Assembly (NCBI GenBank): GCA_035577265.1 | Contig: DATLVR010000119.1 | Coordinates: 68,436-132,435 of the forward strand | DNA from: Verrucomicrobiia bacterium | GTDB taxonomy: Bacteria > Verrucomicrobiota > Verrucomicrobiia > Limisphaerales > UBA11358 | Direction of reading: 5' to 3' | DNA: 64,000 nucleotides | Shown: piece by piece, positions 10,494 through 21,075 of the stretch | Layout: each line of letters starts with the position of its first letter | How positions within the stretch are numbered: the stretch's first letter is position 1 | Translations under genes and position numbers: made by a program | The notes under the pieces: model-generated | What the model saw: the letters and a program-made list of their open reading frames with translations, nothing else | Told to the model about the DNA's origin: nothing | Databases searched by the model: none

Positions 10494-10850
10494 CTATAGC
10501 GGATCAATTAAAATATAATCGACATTTACCCCGCCGTTGCCACCGGTCTGTTGGATGACATTGGTCGTGCCGGGCGCAAGCGGAACCGTCGTTTGGTTCC
10601 AGTCTGTGCCGCTGGGATGCGGAAAATAGAAATAATGCTTTCCATCCTTGCAAGCACGGTCGGGCGCCCACATGAAGCCGCCTTCCTTCCTGCCCCACGT
10701 CACCTGATTGGCCTGGAGAATCTGTCGCCGACTGACCCCATTCCACCAATCTTCCAGCAGCAGATCGCTCTTGATCCGCTCCCGTGCTTTGCCCCCATGG
10801 TCTTGAGAATCTCCACCACCCGCGCCGCGCCGCGCCGGGCTCACATACAA
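10494..10850 (-). pseudogene. Remnant of a GH43-like hydrolase fused to a CBM-like tail
   Basis: Only EGGFMWAPDRACKDGKHYFYFPHPSG resembles the GH43 'WAPD..(K/D)GKYY.YF' block. It runs straight into a short tail (NVIQQTGGNGGVNVDYILIDPL). There is no signal peptide or catalytic domain around it. Confidence 0.35.
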
Positions 10851-11115
10851 CGGCCAGCAGCTTGACTCGTGGACTTTCCCCGCCTATGGCGTTCACTACG
10901 GCTTCACCACTTTTAACGAAAAAACCGCCCGCACCCAACGAGGAGCGGACGGTTTTTTCCAACACTGCGAATCCCCACTTTTGCATCAACCGCAGAAAAG
11001 TGCCCTTCGGAACCGCACAAATTGCAATTCACCCGGCCCCGCCGAGCTTCCTACTCGTTTGGGACGGGCGACGAGGGAATTAATCTATCCCCCGTCGCCC
11101 CAACGCTCGCGTATA

Positions 11116-12459
11116 TTACGGTAGAATCACTCGATAAAACTTCGCCGTGCTCAGCGGCGAAGTGGTGTCAATAACGAATATCGGGCCAGCTCCGGCTGTG
11201 TTCGTCGAAAACGAGGTCCAAGGCCCGCTCACTGAGGGGGCAGACTGCGACACATACGTGGTGCCGTTGACGCCGTTAATTGTGATGACGGGATCCAGGG
11301 TAAATGAATCAGCTGACACTGAGGCTGATGTGCTTGTAGTATAGCTACGATCGTTCGGGCTAGCAGCAGCGTTGGTAGCCACCACGGAATAGATCCCAGT
11401 CTGGGCGGCGCTGAAATTTGCAATAGTTAGATTGGCTGTCGTTGCTCCGGAAACCCCGCCGCCGTTCGCGAGGGGCACGGAATTAAACATCCATTGATAA
11501 CCGGTTGCGGGCGAGGCAGCCGATGTTAAGTTGAGCGTGCTGCCTAACCCAACAACCGCATTTGAAGGGTTAAGGCTGAATACTGGCGTGGTGGGGCCAG
11601 CGGGTGGAAGTGCTGTGAGGACGGTGATGTTAGCCGCCGGATTATAGACCGCAGAGATTGTGCCATTGCCCTCGAAAGCGACGAGCTGATGATTTGTAAT
11701 CACATAATTCATCGCATTTACTCCCCCGAAAGTTATTGTTAATGCATTGTTTGTGATCACCACTTTGGAGTTGGCTCCGATGTCCATATAACCAAAGCTT
11801 CCGACCTGCTGAGGCGCGCCAAGTGTTTGGGCAGACCAATCACGCATGTAAACTGAACCGCCGTTGGTGACGTAACAATAGTTGGTGACGCCAGGGTTTC
11901 CATTCCAACCTATGCCAAATTCCCCACCTGGAACGTGAATCGTGCCGCCGTTAACGACTACCGTGCCTATTGTGTTGTTCTGCCCCACCCAAATATGTCC
12001 AGCACCAGTGAAGTCTGCACCCGGGTTAACAATCAAAGTCCCGGGCCCAGCCACAAAGCCTATTCCAGTCCAAGAGTCTCCAAAACCCGAAAAGCCCGCC
12101 TGAAGTTGACCATGGTCGATCTCCAGCACTCCGCCTCCTCCGAAGCCACACATAATCTGGCCGACCTGGGTGTCGTTGGTTACGACACAGATGACAGCGG
12201 CGCTGTCAAATGCGGCATTGTAAAAAGTGGACACTGCGTTTGTGTCAACAACGACAGGCACGACAAGGAGGCCCCAGTTGGCAGGGTCGTTCCAATAAGC
12301 GGCTTGGTTGCCGTGGACGTCAGTGAAAACGTTTGACGGGGACCAATGGTCGTCTTCTCGACTCGCGGCCATGGCATTGTATGCCAGCATCGGCCCGGCG
12401 AGCAGGCCGGTCAGAAGCAGGGATTTGAACATTCGGGAGGATTTTACCATTCTTTTCAT
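11116..12459 (-). CDS. Secreted protein with a beta-helix-like N-terminal module, an Ig-like domain and a C-terminal FYR module
   Basis: Signal peptide MFKSLLLTGLLAGPMLAYNAMA. The N-terminal ~230 aa is paralogous to the N-terminus of 13591..15774 (both start W(N/S)P..N...........W..GxxP). Ig-like stretch YQWMFNSVPLANGGGVSGATTANLTIANFSAAQTGIYSVVATN. Ends AKFYRVILP. Confidence 0.85.
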   Translation of the reverse strand: MKRMVKSSRMFKSLLLTGLLAGPMLAYNAMAASREDDHWSPSNVFTDVHGNQAAYWNDPANWGLLVVPVVVDTNAVSTFYNAAFDSAAVICVVTNDTQVGQIMCGFGGGGVLEIDHGQLQAGFSGFGDSWTGIGFVAGPGTLIVNPGADFTGAGHIWVGQNNTIGTVVVNGGTIHVPGGEFGIGWNGNPGVTNYCYVTNGGSVYMRDWSAQTLGAPQQVGSFGYMDIGANSKVVITNNALTITFGGVNAMNYVITNHQLVAFEGNGTISAVYNPAANITVLTALPPAGPTTPVFSLNPSNAVVGLGSTLNLTSAASPATGYQWMFNSVPLANGGGVSGATTANLTIANFSAAQTGIYSVVATNAAASPNDRSYTTSTSASVSADSFTLDPVITINGVNGTTYVSQSAPSVSGPWTSFSTNTAGAGPIFVIDTTSPLSTAKFYRVILP

Positions 12460-12609
12460 ATGTGGGTTTGTGTTGATGTTAATGATTTTTTTGCGGCATT
12501 TTTATGCCTCAACAGTTTTGGAACAATGTAAGAATAACTGAAAGGCGGCGCATCGGTATCCCCTCTTTCGGGGATGGTAAACTGATTGGAGCGGGTCTAC
12601 TCTGAAACC

Positions 12610-13485
12610 ATGAAAACCCCCTCTCGTCGAACGGATATTTTTTTGCCTTTCCCGCGTGGTTTTACGTTGATTGAATTACTGGTGGTCATTGCCATTATTG
12701 CCATTCTTGCGGCCATGTTGTTGCCAGCCTTGAGCAAGGCAAAGCAGAAAGCCTGGGCAATCAACTGCATGAACTGCACAAAGCAACTGACGCTGGGCTG
12801 GACCATGTATTCGGGTGACAATAACGACAGGACAGTGCCTGAATATGCCAACGGCGGTGATAACGGATCGTATACTCCAGGACAGGTTAACGTTGCTGAC
12901 ACCAATTGGTGCGGTGGAAACATGGGCGCCAACTTTGCTCAGAGCAACACCAACACCGCGAACTTAGTGCATGGACTGTTATACCCTTATATAAACAATG
13001 TGGGTGTTTATCATTGTGCCGCTGACTATGCCGTCCAAGGTTATCCAGGTAAAGTCCTCAGCGGCGGGGGGCTCAAGGTCCGCAGTTATTCCATGGCCCA
13101 AACGTTTATTCCATACACCCCAGGGCAAAGTGGTTGGCTTCCGGCTCCCAGATACAAAACATACGGAAAGCTGGGCAGCATTGTGAAACCGTCGGACACT
13201 TGGGTTTTCATTGATGAAAATGAGAATAGCATCAACGATGCCGCCTTCGGAATTGTAATGGTGGGCCAGACGGGTTTTACTCCAACGTCGTATAACCCAG
13301 TTGACGTTGTATCGGGCCGCCATGCTGGCTCGACCGGCTTGTCATTCTCTGATGGACATTCGATCGTCCACAAATGGCAATCAGCCTCGACCTACACAGT
13401 TGGCCCAGGACTTCAAATTTCGGATTCAGGTGGGGTTAGCGATTACGTGTGGCTTTCTTCGGTAACTACGGTTCTTAGTAATTAA
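12610..13485 (+). CDS. Prepilin-type N-terminal cleavage/methylation protein with H-X9-DG motif (pseudopilin-like, DUF1559-type)
   Basis: [29 protein letters not shown] is the GFxxxE type IV pilin leader. The C-terminal [14 protein letters not shown] gives H-X9-DG. The start was taken at the ATG at 12610 (MKTPSRR...). Confidence 0.9.
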   Translation: MKTPSRRTDIFLPFPRGFTLIELLVVIAIIAILAAMLLPALSKAKQKAWAINCMNCTKQLTLGWTMYSGDNNDRTVPEYANGGDNGSYTPGQVNVADTNWCGGNMGANFAQSNTNTANLVHGLLYPYINNVGVYHCAADYAVQGYPGKVLSGGGLKVRSYSMAQTFIPYTPGQSGWLPAPRYKTYGKLGSIVKPSDTWVFIDENENSINDAAFGIVMVGQTGFTPTSYNPVDVVSGRHAGSTGLSFSDGHSIVHKWQSASTYTVGPGLQISDSGGVSDYVWLSSVTTVLSN

Positions 13486-13590
13486 AGATGGCGCAGGGCA
13501 TTTCTTGTGCGCGGCTGGAGGATTAGAGACCTCTTCAATTGTTCTGAATTAAAACCATGTCATCGCGCGTCACCCTAAATATATTTTGAG

Positions 13591-15774
13591 ATGAAAGAAC
13601 TGCGCAAGCTTTGTAAACTTGTCATGTGGGCTCTGCTTTGCCTTGGAATTTCCGTGAAAGCGCAACTCACGGCAACAACTTGGAATCCGGCTGGCAACCC
13701 CAGCCAGCCATCGGATAATTTATGGGCCACAGCTGGAAACTGGAACGGGGGCGTCGTCCCTGCACACGGGTATAAGGCCTATTTCAATGTCGGCGCCGCA
13801 CCGTGCCTCGTGAACAGTGCGGTTGGCGGTTGCCAGGTATCCATCGGTGATGGCGGATCGGGGTGCGTTCTCATTGTCACCAATGGTGGCAGCCTGTCTG
13901 CCGGAGACACCACGGCAGGCAATAATGACAATTATGCTTGGACGGCCATTGGCTATAGCAATACCGGTGAAATGGACATTGAGAACGGCGGCTCAGTAAC
14001 CTTCAACTATCACCTGTGGATTGGCCTGAATACCGGGGCAACTGGCACGTTCATCATGCGTGGCGGGACGGCGTCGGTTGCGGGCGCTTTTGGGTTGGGC
14101 TTTAGCGGCGGCACGGGCATCATGCACATCAACGGCGGCACATTGACTCTTTCCCAATGGGCTGCCAACTCGATTCAGGGCACCGGTTCTGTGCTGGACA
14201 TTGGAGGTGGAACGGTGGTTATTGCGGGCAATCAAATGGCCTCGGTGAACGGTTTTATCGCCAGTGGCAAAATCACCGGTTACGGTGGCACCGGCACCGT
14301 TGCGTGCAGTTACAACGGAACCGCCAATACCACCACAATCACCGCCACTAAAGGTAGCAGCGCCTCCAGCAACAGCGCTTATCTTTCCATCCAACTATCG
14401 GGGATCAATCTAACGCTTTGCTGGCCGACTTCTTCCGTCTACTATGGATTGCAGTCCACCACCAATCTCATCGCGCCGGCTGTCTGGAAATCCCTGACCA
14501 ACACTGTCATCACCGCCAACGGGACTAACGAGGTCATTTTACCTTTGTCGAGTCAGACAATTTTCTTCAGTCTGAATCATGGGGTTGATGCCACCACCAT
14601 GAATGGCAAATTGTTGATGGGCTATCAAGGCTGGTTCGCCTGTCCGAATGATGGTTCGGCGCCTGATCAATGGTGGCATTGGTTTCACAACCAGACGCCG
14701 ACGGCGGCCAACGTTAACACGGATTTTCTCCCGGACACATCCGAGTTCACCGCGAACGAGCTTTTTAACACGGGAATGACCTACTCGAATGGCAGTCCGG
14801 TTCAATTCTATTCGGACGCCGTGCAAAAAACTACCCTCCGCCATTTCCAATGGATGCAAGAGAATCAACTGGACGGCGTATTTCTACAACGTTTCCTGAC
14901 CGATCTTTCCAGTCCGCAATTTTATTCTTTCCGCAACCAGGTTACTGCCAATGTCCGTGCGGGAGCGGAAGCCTCCGGGCGGGTGTATGCCATCATGTAT
15001 GACGTCAGCGGACAGCCCGCCAACACCCTCATCAGCAACCTCACCAATGACTGGCTTTACCTGGTGAATACCATGCACATTACCAACAGCACACGGTATC
15101 TTTATCACAAAGGCAAACCCGTGGTGGCTCTCTGGGGCTTTGGCTTTAATGACGGGCGCCATCTGGCTTCGCCGCAGCAGGCGCAAACGGTGATCAATTG
15201 GTTCAAATCCCAAGGTGTCACCGTGATGGGCGGTGTGCCGACGTATTGGCGCACGCTGCAGAATGATTCGTATACCAATGCCGCGTGGACCCCCGTCTAT
15301 CTTTCGTTCGATGCCATAAGTCCGTGGGCGGTTGGCAGGTTTGGCAACAACGCGGGCGCAGACAGTTATACGGCGAACATCACCATACCGGATCTCGCCA
15401 CCTGCAAAACGAACGGAATTGATTATATGCCCGTGATTTTCCCCGGCTTTTCCTGGTATAATGAAAATGGCGGCCCACTCAACCAGATTCCACGGAATGG
15501 CGGCTCGTTCTATTGGAGACAGGTTTATGACGCTGTGCATGCGGGCTGTAACATGATTTACGGCGCGATGTTTGATGAGGTCAACGAAGGAACGGCCATG
15601 TATAAGCTTGTGCCAACGGCTGCCCAACTGCCTGCTCAAGGCCAATTCCTGTCGCTGGATGCTGATGGAGCAACTCTTAACAGCGACTGGTATTTGCGGC
15701 TGGCCAATCAGGCTGGCAAGATGTTACGCGGCGAAATTCCCTTGCAAACCACCATCCCCATCTCACCGCCGTGA
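13591..15774 (+). CDS. Secreted enzyme with a beta-helix-like N-terminal module, an internal copy of the W...FF(S/R)L module and an unassigned GYQGWF hydrolase-like domain
   Basis: Signal peptide MKELRKLCKLVMWALLCLGISVKA. Residues ~262-330 (LTLCWPTSSVYYGLQSTTNL...VWKSL...TIFFSLNHG) match the C-terminal module of the other enzymes. The C-terminal half (LLMGYQGWFACPNDGSAPDQWWHW ... ISPWAVGRF ... MFDEVNEGTAMYK) is paralogous to the N-terminal halves of 24786..27218 and 27220..30630. Confidence 0.9.
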   Translation: MKELRKLCKLVMWALLCLGISVKAQLTATTWNPAGNPSQPSDNLWATAGNWNGGVVPAHGYKAYFNVGAAPCLVNSAVGGCQVSIGDGGSGCVLIVTNGGSLSAGDTTAGNNDNYAWTAIGYSNTGEMDIENGGSVTFNYHLWIGLNTGATGTFIMRGGTASVAGAFGLGFSGGTGIMHINGGTLTLSQWAANSIQGTGSVLDIGGGTVVIAGNQMASVNGFIASGKITGYGGTGTVACSYNGTANTTTITATKGSSASSNSAYLSIQLSGINLTLCWPTSSVYYGLQSTTNLIAPAVWKSLTNTVITANGTNEVILPLSSQTIFFSLNHGVDATTMNGKLLMGYQGWFACPNDGSAPDQWWHWFHNQTPTAANVNTDFLPDTSEFTANELFNTGMTYSNGSPVQFYSDAVQKTTLRHFQWMQENQLDGVFLQRFLTDLSSPQFYSFRNQVTANVRAGAEASGRVYAIMYDVSGQPANTLISNLTNDWLYLVNTMHITNSTRYLYHKGKPVVALWGFGFNDGRHLASPQQAQTVINWFKSQGVTVMGGVPTYWRTLQNDSYTNAAWTPVYLSFDAISPWAVGRFGNNAGADSYTANITIPDLATCKTNGIDYMPVIFPGFSWYNENGGPLNQIPRNGGSFYWRQVYDAVHAGCNMIYGAMFDEVNEGTAMYKLVPTAAQLPAQGQFLSLDADGATLNSDWYLRLANQAGKMLRGEIPLQTTIPISPP

Positions 15775-15939
15775 GAAGACTGATGTGTTGCAGGGGACGG
15801 ATTTTTTCACAACAACCATCGTGACGCTTACGTGTGTGATCGTCGTCAGCGAATTTATCAGGAGATACCAAGGAGATAATGGAAGCGCCAATATTATTTC
15901 CGCTTTGAAAAGGTTTTTAAATCAAACTAGTATTGTGAA

Positions 15940-16863
15940 TCAATTTTTTACGGTGCCATGCACGGCAATCCATTTAACATCCTCTCCAACAGTTGTACTA
16001 TTAATGTTTAGATATGTATCCTGCCATTTATGAAGCGCGACATGGCCGTCGCAAAAAGAGAAAGAACTGGAAGACCCATGATTGACGGCTGGCCGGTCTT
16101 TAATGGCGAGAGCGAAAGGATTGGCAACATATTCAAAGTATCCATCATTACATGACGCAGGATTTTCATCTAAAAACTCAAAACAATCTGACGAACCTAG
16201 GTTCGCATTAAAATCAGAATACTTGGTAAAATTTTTAAACCGGGGATCAATATCATATTTACCTTTATCCGCCAACATTTCAGCGGGACTCATTCCTACA
16301 TACATGTTGGCAGAAACCGACCTCACTCGCGGCACCTGCCATTTTGTATCTATGGACTTATCCGCCGGACATTTATAAGACCCGGCCGCCTTGGTATAAC
16401 TACCAATAGAGCCAACCAAGGTTCCCACGCCGGGAATACTGTCTCCTAACGCTCCCGTAAAATAAGCGTTAGTTGCACAGCCTTTAGGGTCATCCCCTGA
16501 CCCATTGAGAGCGAATCCCATCGTTCCTGCCGACCAGCTTGGGTATCCTTGAGGGGCGTTAGGATCAAAAGCCTGGCCAGTCAGAAGAAATCCGCCCTGG
16601 TTCAGCGGCCAATTCCCAGGCATAAGGTCATTGTTGTCACCCGCATAGAGAATGCTGCCCAATTGCAACTGTTTCATGTTGTTGACACAGGAGATGCCTT
16701 GCGCCCGGATCTTGGCTTTCGACAACGCCGGCAAAAGCATGGCTGCCAAAATGGCAATAATGGCAATCACCACCAGAAGTTCAATCAGTGTAAAGCCGTT
16801 GTTTCTGGAACCAGTCTTCACGGAATGCCCGCTTGACAAATCAACACACAATACTCGTTTCAT
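15940..16863 (-). CDS. Prepilin-type N-terminal cleavage/methylation protein with H-X9-DG motif
   Basis: [29 protein letters not shown] leader. C-terminal [14 protein letters not shown] gives H-X9-DG. Confidence 0.9.
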   Translation of the reverse strand: MKRVLCVDLSSGHSVKTGSRNNGFTLIELLVVIAIIAILAAMLLPALSKAKIRAQGISCVNNMKQLQLGSILYAGDNNDLMPGNWPLNQGGFLLTGQAFDPNAPQGYPSWSAGTMGFALNGSGDDPKGCATNAYFTGALGDSIPGVGTLVGSIGSYTKAAGSYKCPADKSIDTKWQVPRVRSVSANMYVGMSPAEMLADKGKYDIDPRFKNFTKYSDFNANLGSSDCFEFLDENPASCNDGYFEYVANPFALAIKDRPAVNHGSSSSFSFCDGHVALHKWQDTYLNINSTTVGEDVKWIAVHGTVKN

Positions 16864-17478
16864 AACTCGGATCTAAACTACATTTATAACTGATAGATTT
16901 TATCTTAAAACATTCTCCGGCAGCCAGCCACCCCTGGACGCAACCAGCGGCCAAGGCGGCGGTCACTGATGCCGGCAGCCTTGTGGGGGATTTGACGACG
17001 GTAATTTTTCATATGCTTCTTCGTTTCGGATGGGTCTTGAGCAGGATGAATTAAATTTAATCGCGGCGGCATCCCCTTTTTAGGGGAGGGTGCCTGTCAG
17101 CGGCATTCCCACCTTGAAAAACCAGCCAGATGGCTGGTTATAAACGCCGGAGCAAAGAATTTCATGGATGCTTTCATGTGTTAAGCCCGCAGGGGAATAA
17201 TCATCCCGGCGGCGGATCGGCTCAAAGGTTGCTGAATACTCCAGCACCATCGCAAACGCAAAACCAGTTTTCCCCGGCCGCCTTTGCCCTGGACAATCTC
17301 CCAACACAGATCGGACACCGGATTCCCATTTTATGCATGGTGGATCAGTCAGTCCCCGTTTTAGGGGAGTATCGGTCCGCGCTGCATTCTCATAGCGTTT
17401 TGCCTCGTCGCTCCGCGTTCAAGATGGTAGAAGATCGACGATGGCAAAAACCCATGCGCTGGCGCAACCTTGAATTCT

Positions 17479-19767
17479 ATGAAAACCAAAATTGTTTCCT
17501 TTATTTTCATGCTGGCGGCGATGGCATTGCCGGCACAGCAAAACCATTTTGTCGCGTTGAACGACGTCACCTGGCATTCCCCCGGCACCAATGAAAACAA
17601 TTCAATGCCGCTCGGCAATGGCGACATTGCACTGAATGTCTGGACCGAACCGAACGGCGACATCGTCCTGCTGCTGGCGAAATCCGATGCCTGGAGCGAG
17701 AACGGGCAGTTGCTCAAGCTGGGTCGCGTGCGCGTCAAGCTGGCACCCAACCCGTTTGGTTCGTCATCCTCCTTCATCCAAACGTTGAAACTGGCGACGG
17801 GTGAAGTTCAAATCCAGGACGGCAAGAATGTTGCCCGCATCTGGGTGGATGCGAATCATCCGGCGGTTCATCTCGAAGTTCACGCCCAACAACCCGTGCA
17901 AATGGAGGCGATATCTGAATTGTGGCGCACGAACCATCATCACCTCGGTCAACGAGCGGTTGCGCAGGCGGGCTTCTTTGAATGGGGCAGCAACCCCGAC
18001 GGGCTCGACTTCAATGCCGACACGGTCCTGCCGGCGCAAACTGATCAGGTCACCTGGTGTCACTTCAACTCCAAGAGTATTTATCCGTTGGTTTTTGAAC
18101 GTGAGCATTTGGAATCGTTGCTGTCAAAATATCCGGATCCCCTGCTCCATCGTTGCTTTGGCGTGGCCATGAAAGGCCCCGGCCTGGTGAGCGGCGACAA
18201 TCTGACATTGAAATCAACCGCCGCTTCCAAATCGCTCCGGCTCGATCTGTATGCGCTGACTCAGCAGGCCGATTCCCCGGAATCCTGGCAGGCAGCTTTG
18301 AACAAAGTGGTCGCTGCAACCGACGCCGTCAAAATGAACGCGGCGTGGAAGGCCCATCAGCAATGGTGGACTGGATTCTGGAATCGGAGCTGGGTTCATG
18401 TCAGCGGGACACCTGAAGCTGACAAGGTCTCCCAAAGTTATGCCATCCAGCGTTACCTGACCGCGTGCGCGGGACGCGGCGCGCAGCCGATCAAGTTCAA
18501 CGGCTCGCTCTTCACCGTCGGCCACGATCTTCCGGAAGGCAAAAGCTCCAGCGAAAACAATCACGATCCGGATTACCGGGCTTGGGGCAATTCGTTTTGG
18601 AATCAGAACACGCGACTAATCTATTGGCCGCTGCTCGCCAGCGGAGATTTTGACCTGCTCGCACCATGGTTTGACATGTATGTGTCGGCACTGCCTTTGG
18701 TCAAGGCTCGGACCAGGTTGTATTTTCATCATGACGGCGGTGCATTTATCGAGACAATCTATTTCTGGGGATTGCCAAATGTGAACGATTTCGGCTGGAA
18801 CAACAAAGGCCCCGAACTACAGAGTTCATGGATGCGTTATCACGTTCAAGGCGGGTTGGAAGTGCTGGAGCAAATGCTGGATCGCTATGACTACACGTCC
18901 GACACCAATTTTTTGCCGACCATTTTGCTGCCGATGGCAGATGCCACGATCACTTACTACGATCAACACTGGAAGCGCGGTCTTGATGGCAGTATCCGGA
19001 TGGATCCGGCGCAGGCGATTGAAACGTATCAGGAGACCGCCATCAATCCCACGCCGGATGTCGCCGGATTGATGAGCGTTTTGACGCGGCTGCTTGCCCT
19101 TCCACCCGGATTGACCGATGAAGCCCGGCGAGATTCATGGGCCAGGGTTTTGAAGGATTTACCGCCACTGCCGATGGGCACGACCGCAAAAGACAAATTG
19201 CCGCCCAAGGGTCAGGGCGACCCGGATGGCAAACGCGTGATTCTGCCGGCGCAAAAATATGACGGGCCGAAAAATGACGAGAATCCGGAACTTTACGCCG
19301 TGTTCCCCTACCCTCTCTATGGCATGGGCAAACCCGACCTGGCGATGGCGCGGGATACGTTCATGGCACGCATCAAGCCGTATGGAAAATGCTGGGGACA
19401 GGATGGGATTCACGCGGCGCTCTTGGGATTGACTGGCGAAGCCAAAAAATCGCTCCTAGAAGAATTTACCTCCTACGGTGACCAGCAGTTCAAATGGTTC
19501 TGGTCGAAAAACCGCGACTGGATACCCGACATGGACAACGGCGGCGCAGGAATGATGACGCTCCAACTCATGCTCATGCAATGTGACGGCAAGCGCATCC
19601 AGCTGTTGCCCGCCTGGCCGGCGGATTGGACGGCTGATTTCAAATTACACGCACCTTATCAAACCACTGTTGAAGGCCATGTCGAAGGCGGAAAAGTAAC
19701 CCGGCTTAAAGTGGTTCCTGCCAGTCGCGCCAAGGATGTGGTTGTGCTCGGGCAACAGAGCAATTAA
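17479..19767 (+). CDS. Secreted GH95-like (DUF5703-type) glycoside hydrolase
   Basis: Signal peptide MKTKIVSFIFMLAAMALPA. SMPLGNGDIALNVWTEPNGDIVLLLAKSDAWSENG resembles the GH95 N-terminal 'PxGNG...W' block. NQNTRLIYWPLLASGDFDLLAPWFDMY resembles the (alpha/alpha)6 core. Paralog of the N-terminal 740 aa of 21076..24777. The family name is from memory. Confidence 0.8.
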   Translation: MKTKIVSFIFMLAAMALPAQQNHFVALNDVTWHSPGTNENNSMPLGNGDIALNVWTEPNGDIVLLLAKSDAWSENGQLLKLGRVRVKLAPNPFGSSSSFIQTLKLATGEVQIQDGKNVARIWVDANHPAVHLEVHAQQPVQMEAISELWRTNHHHLGQRAVAQAGFFEWGSNPDGLDFNADTVLPAQTDQVTWCHFNSKSIYPLVFEREHLESLLSKYPDPLLHRCFGVAMKGPGLVSGDNLTLKSTAASKSLRLDLYALTQQADSPESWQAALNKVVAATDAVKMNAAWKAHQQWWTGFWNRSWVHVSGTPEADKVSQSYAIQRYLTACAGRGAQPIKFNGSLFTVGHDLPEGKSSSENNHDPDYRAWGNSFWNQNTRLIYWPLLASGDFDLLAPWFDMYVSALPLVKARTRLYFHHDGGAFIETIYFWGLPNVNDFGWNNKGPELQSSWMRYHVQGGLEVLEQMLDRYDYTSDTNFLPTILLPMADATITYYDQHWKRGLDGSIRMDPAQAIETYQETAINPTPDVAGLMSVLTRLLALPPGLTDEARRDSWARVLKDLPPLPMGTTAKDKLPPKGQGDPDGKRVILPAQKYDGPKNDENPELYAVFPYPLYGMGKPDLAMARDTFMARIKPYGKCWGQDGIHAALLGLTGEAKKSLLEEFTSYGDQQFKWFWSKNRDWIPDMDNGGAGMMTLQLMLMQCDGKRIQLLPAWPADWTADFKLHAPYQTTVEGHVEGGKVTRLKVVPASRAKDVVVLGQQSN

Positions 19768-19819
19768 GCATTGTCCAATGTAACAACCGGATGAATCCTG
19801 GCAGTTCGGAGCAAAACCA

Positions 19820-21073
19820 TCACCGCTTCGTCGCTGCCGGGACGTTGGTGATTCCCCAAATCTCGCGGATGGTTTCCTCGGTGTTGAAGCCGTTGGGGCA
19901 CGCCGCGCTGCGCGTGTTGGCCCAATACCACTGCGGATCCGTGCGATTTCCCGGCCTGAGAACCCGGCTGCCCGGCATTTCCAGATGACCGTTCGGATCG
20001 GTTTTCCTCACCCAATCCCAGGCGTAATGCAGCCACTGGTTGCGTTTCGCCTCCGGCATCAGGGCGAACCAAGTGATTTCATCCCAACCCCAGATGAATG
20101 GCGACGAACTGGGTTTTCCAGGATTGTGACTGCCAAAATTATCGAACTCGACCACATACGGCAAATGGTCACACCCCCAACCGCTGGGAGTGATGCCGCC
20201 TTTGCTGCGTTGAAAAATCGAATCAGCATAACCGACTTGCAGCACTCCCTGATACGGCTGGTTCGTCACCGCCACGATGCGCAGCGGAAAAGAATGAAAA
20301 TCGAAAAGCAGCTTCCCCTGCTCCACATATCCACCGGTGGGCGTATGCGCATCGCAAATCAAAAGATGTCTGCGGGCATGTTGATGAGCGTAAGCACGCA
20401 CACGCTGCAGCATATCCAACCAGCCGGCGTGGCCCGGATCGTTGCCATCCATGAGCCCCACCTGCCCAAAATGGATGGCTTCGATTCCCGCATCAATGTA
20501 ACTGGTGGCAAGAAAATAAAACCACATGCGCGTTTCCAAACGGCTCATGTCCGGAACCGACGCGCCATTGCCCCAGTGATTCACAAAACGGCCATTGGCA
20601 TACAGCATGTCCTCGTATACAAAGTTGCGGTTCGTGACCGCCTGGCCGAATTCCAGAAACACCCGTTCGGGAATCGAAACCGTTGCGATGTCTTTGGTGA
20701 CAATTTCAAATGCCGCCGCCTGCAAAACAATGTCGGGATCGGCCTGATGCAGCGCTGCCGCATAAGGCGTGGCCATCTTCAGAAACCGGGCAAGATTGCT
20801 TTCGTGGCCCCAAAGCATCAGCGCCCGTCCGACAAATTTCGTCTTGGTGTCCAGAATCAGGCGCAGGTTGTCGCGCGGATCCACACCACGGGCGTCACGC
20901 GGCTGGGTCAAATCATCGTGCAACAATTCCGTAAACGAGATGGAACGGGACAGATAATTCTCCAACACCGGTCTGGAAATGACGGAATCAAAATGAAAAT
21001 CCTGCGCGATTGCAGGAACCGTCCCCGAAAAAAGCGTGCTGATCAGGATGCCAAGCAGACTGTAACTTTTCAT
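19820..21073 (-). CDS. Secreted hypothetical protein, last gene of the giant-enzyme operon
   Basis: Signal peptide MKSYSLLGILISTLFSGTVPAIA. The start lies 2 nt after the stop of 21076..24777. No family was recognised; alternating hydrophobic/polar blocks could fit a TIM-barrel-like fold, but this is untested. Confidence 0.8.
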   Translation of the reverse strand: MKSYSLLGILISTLFSGTVPAIAQDFHFDSVISRPVLENYLSRSISFTELLHDDLTQPRDARGVDPRDNLRLILDTKTKFVGRALMLWGHESNLARFLKMATPYAAALHQADPDIVLQAAAFEIVTKDIATVSIPERVFLEFGQAVTNRNFVYEDMLYANGRFVNHWGNGASVPDMSRLETRMWFYFLATSYIDAGIEAIHFGQVGLMDGNDPGHAGWLDMLQRVRAYAHQHARRHLLICDAHTPTGGYVEQGKLLFDFHSFPLRIVAVTNQPYQGVLQVGYADSIFQRSKGGITPSGWGCDHLPYVVEFDNFGSHNPGKPSSSPFIWGWDEITWFALMPEAKRNQWLHYAWDWVRKTDPNGHLEMPGSRVLRPGNRTDPQWYWANTRSAACPNGFNTEETIREIWGITNVPAATKR

Positions 21074-21075
21074 AT

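Noticed and set aside
10504-10989. 161-aa minus-strand ORF overlapping the GH43-like remnant
   Set aside because: No motifs. It is an alternative frame of a region where only a short GH43-like block is recognisable, and is probably non-coding.
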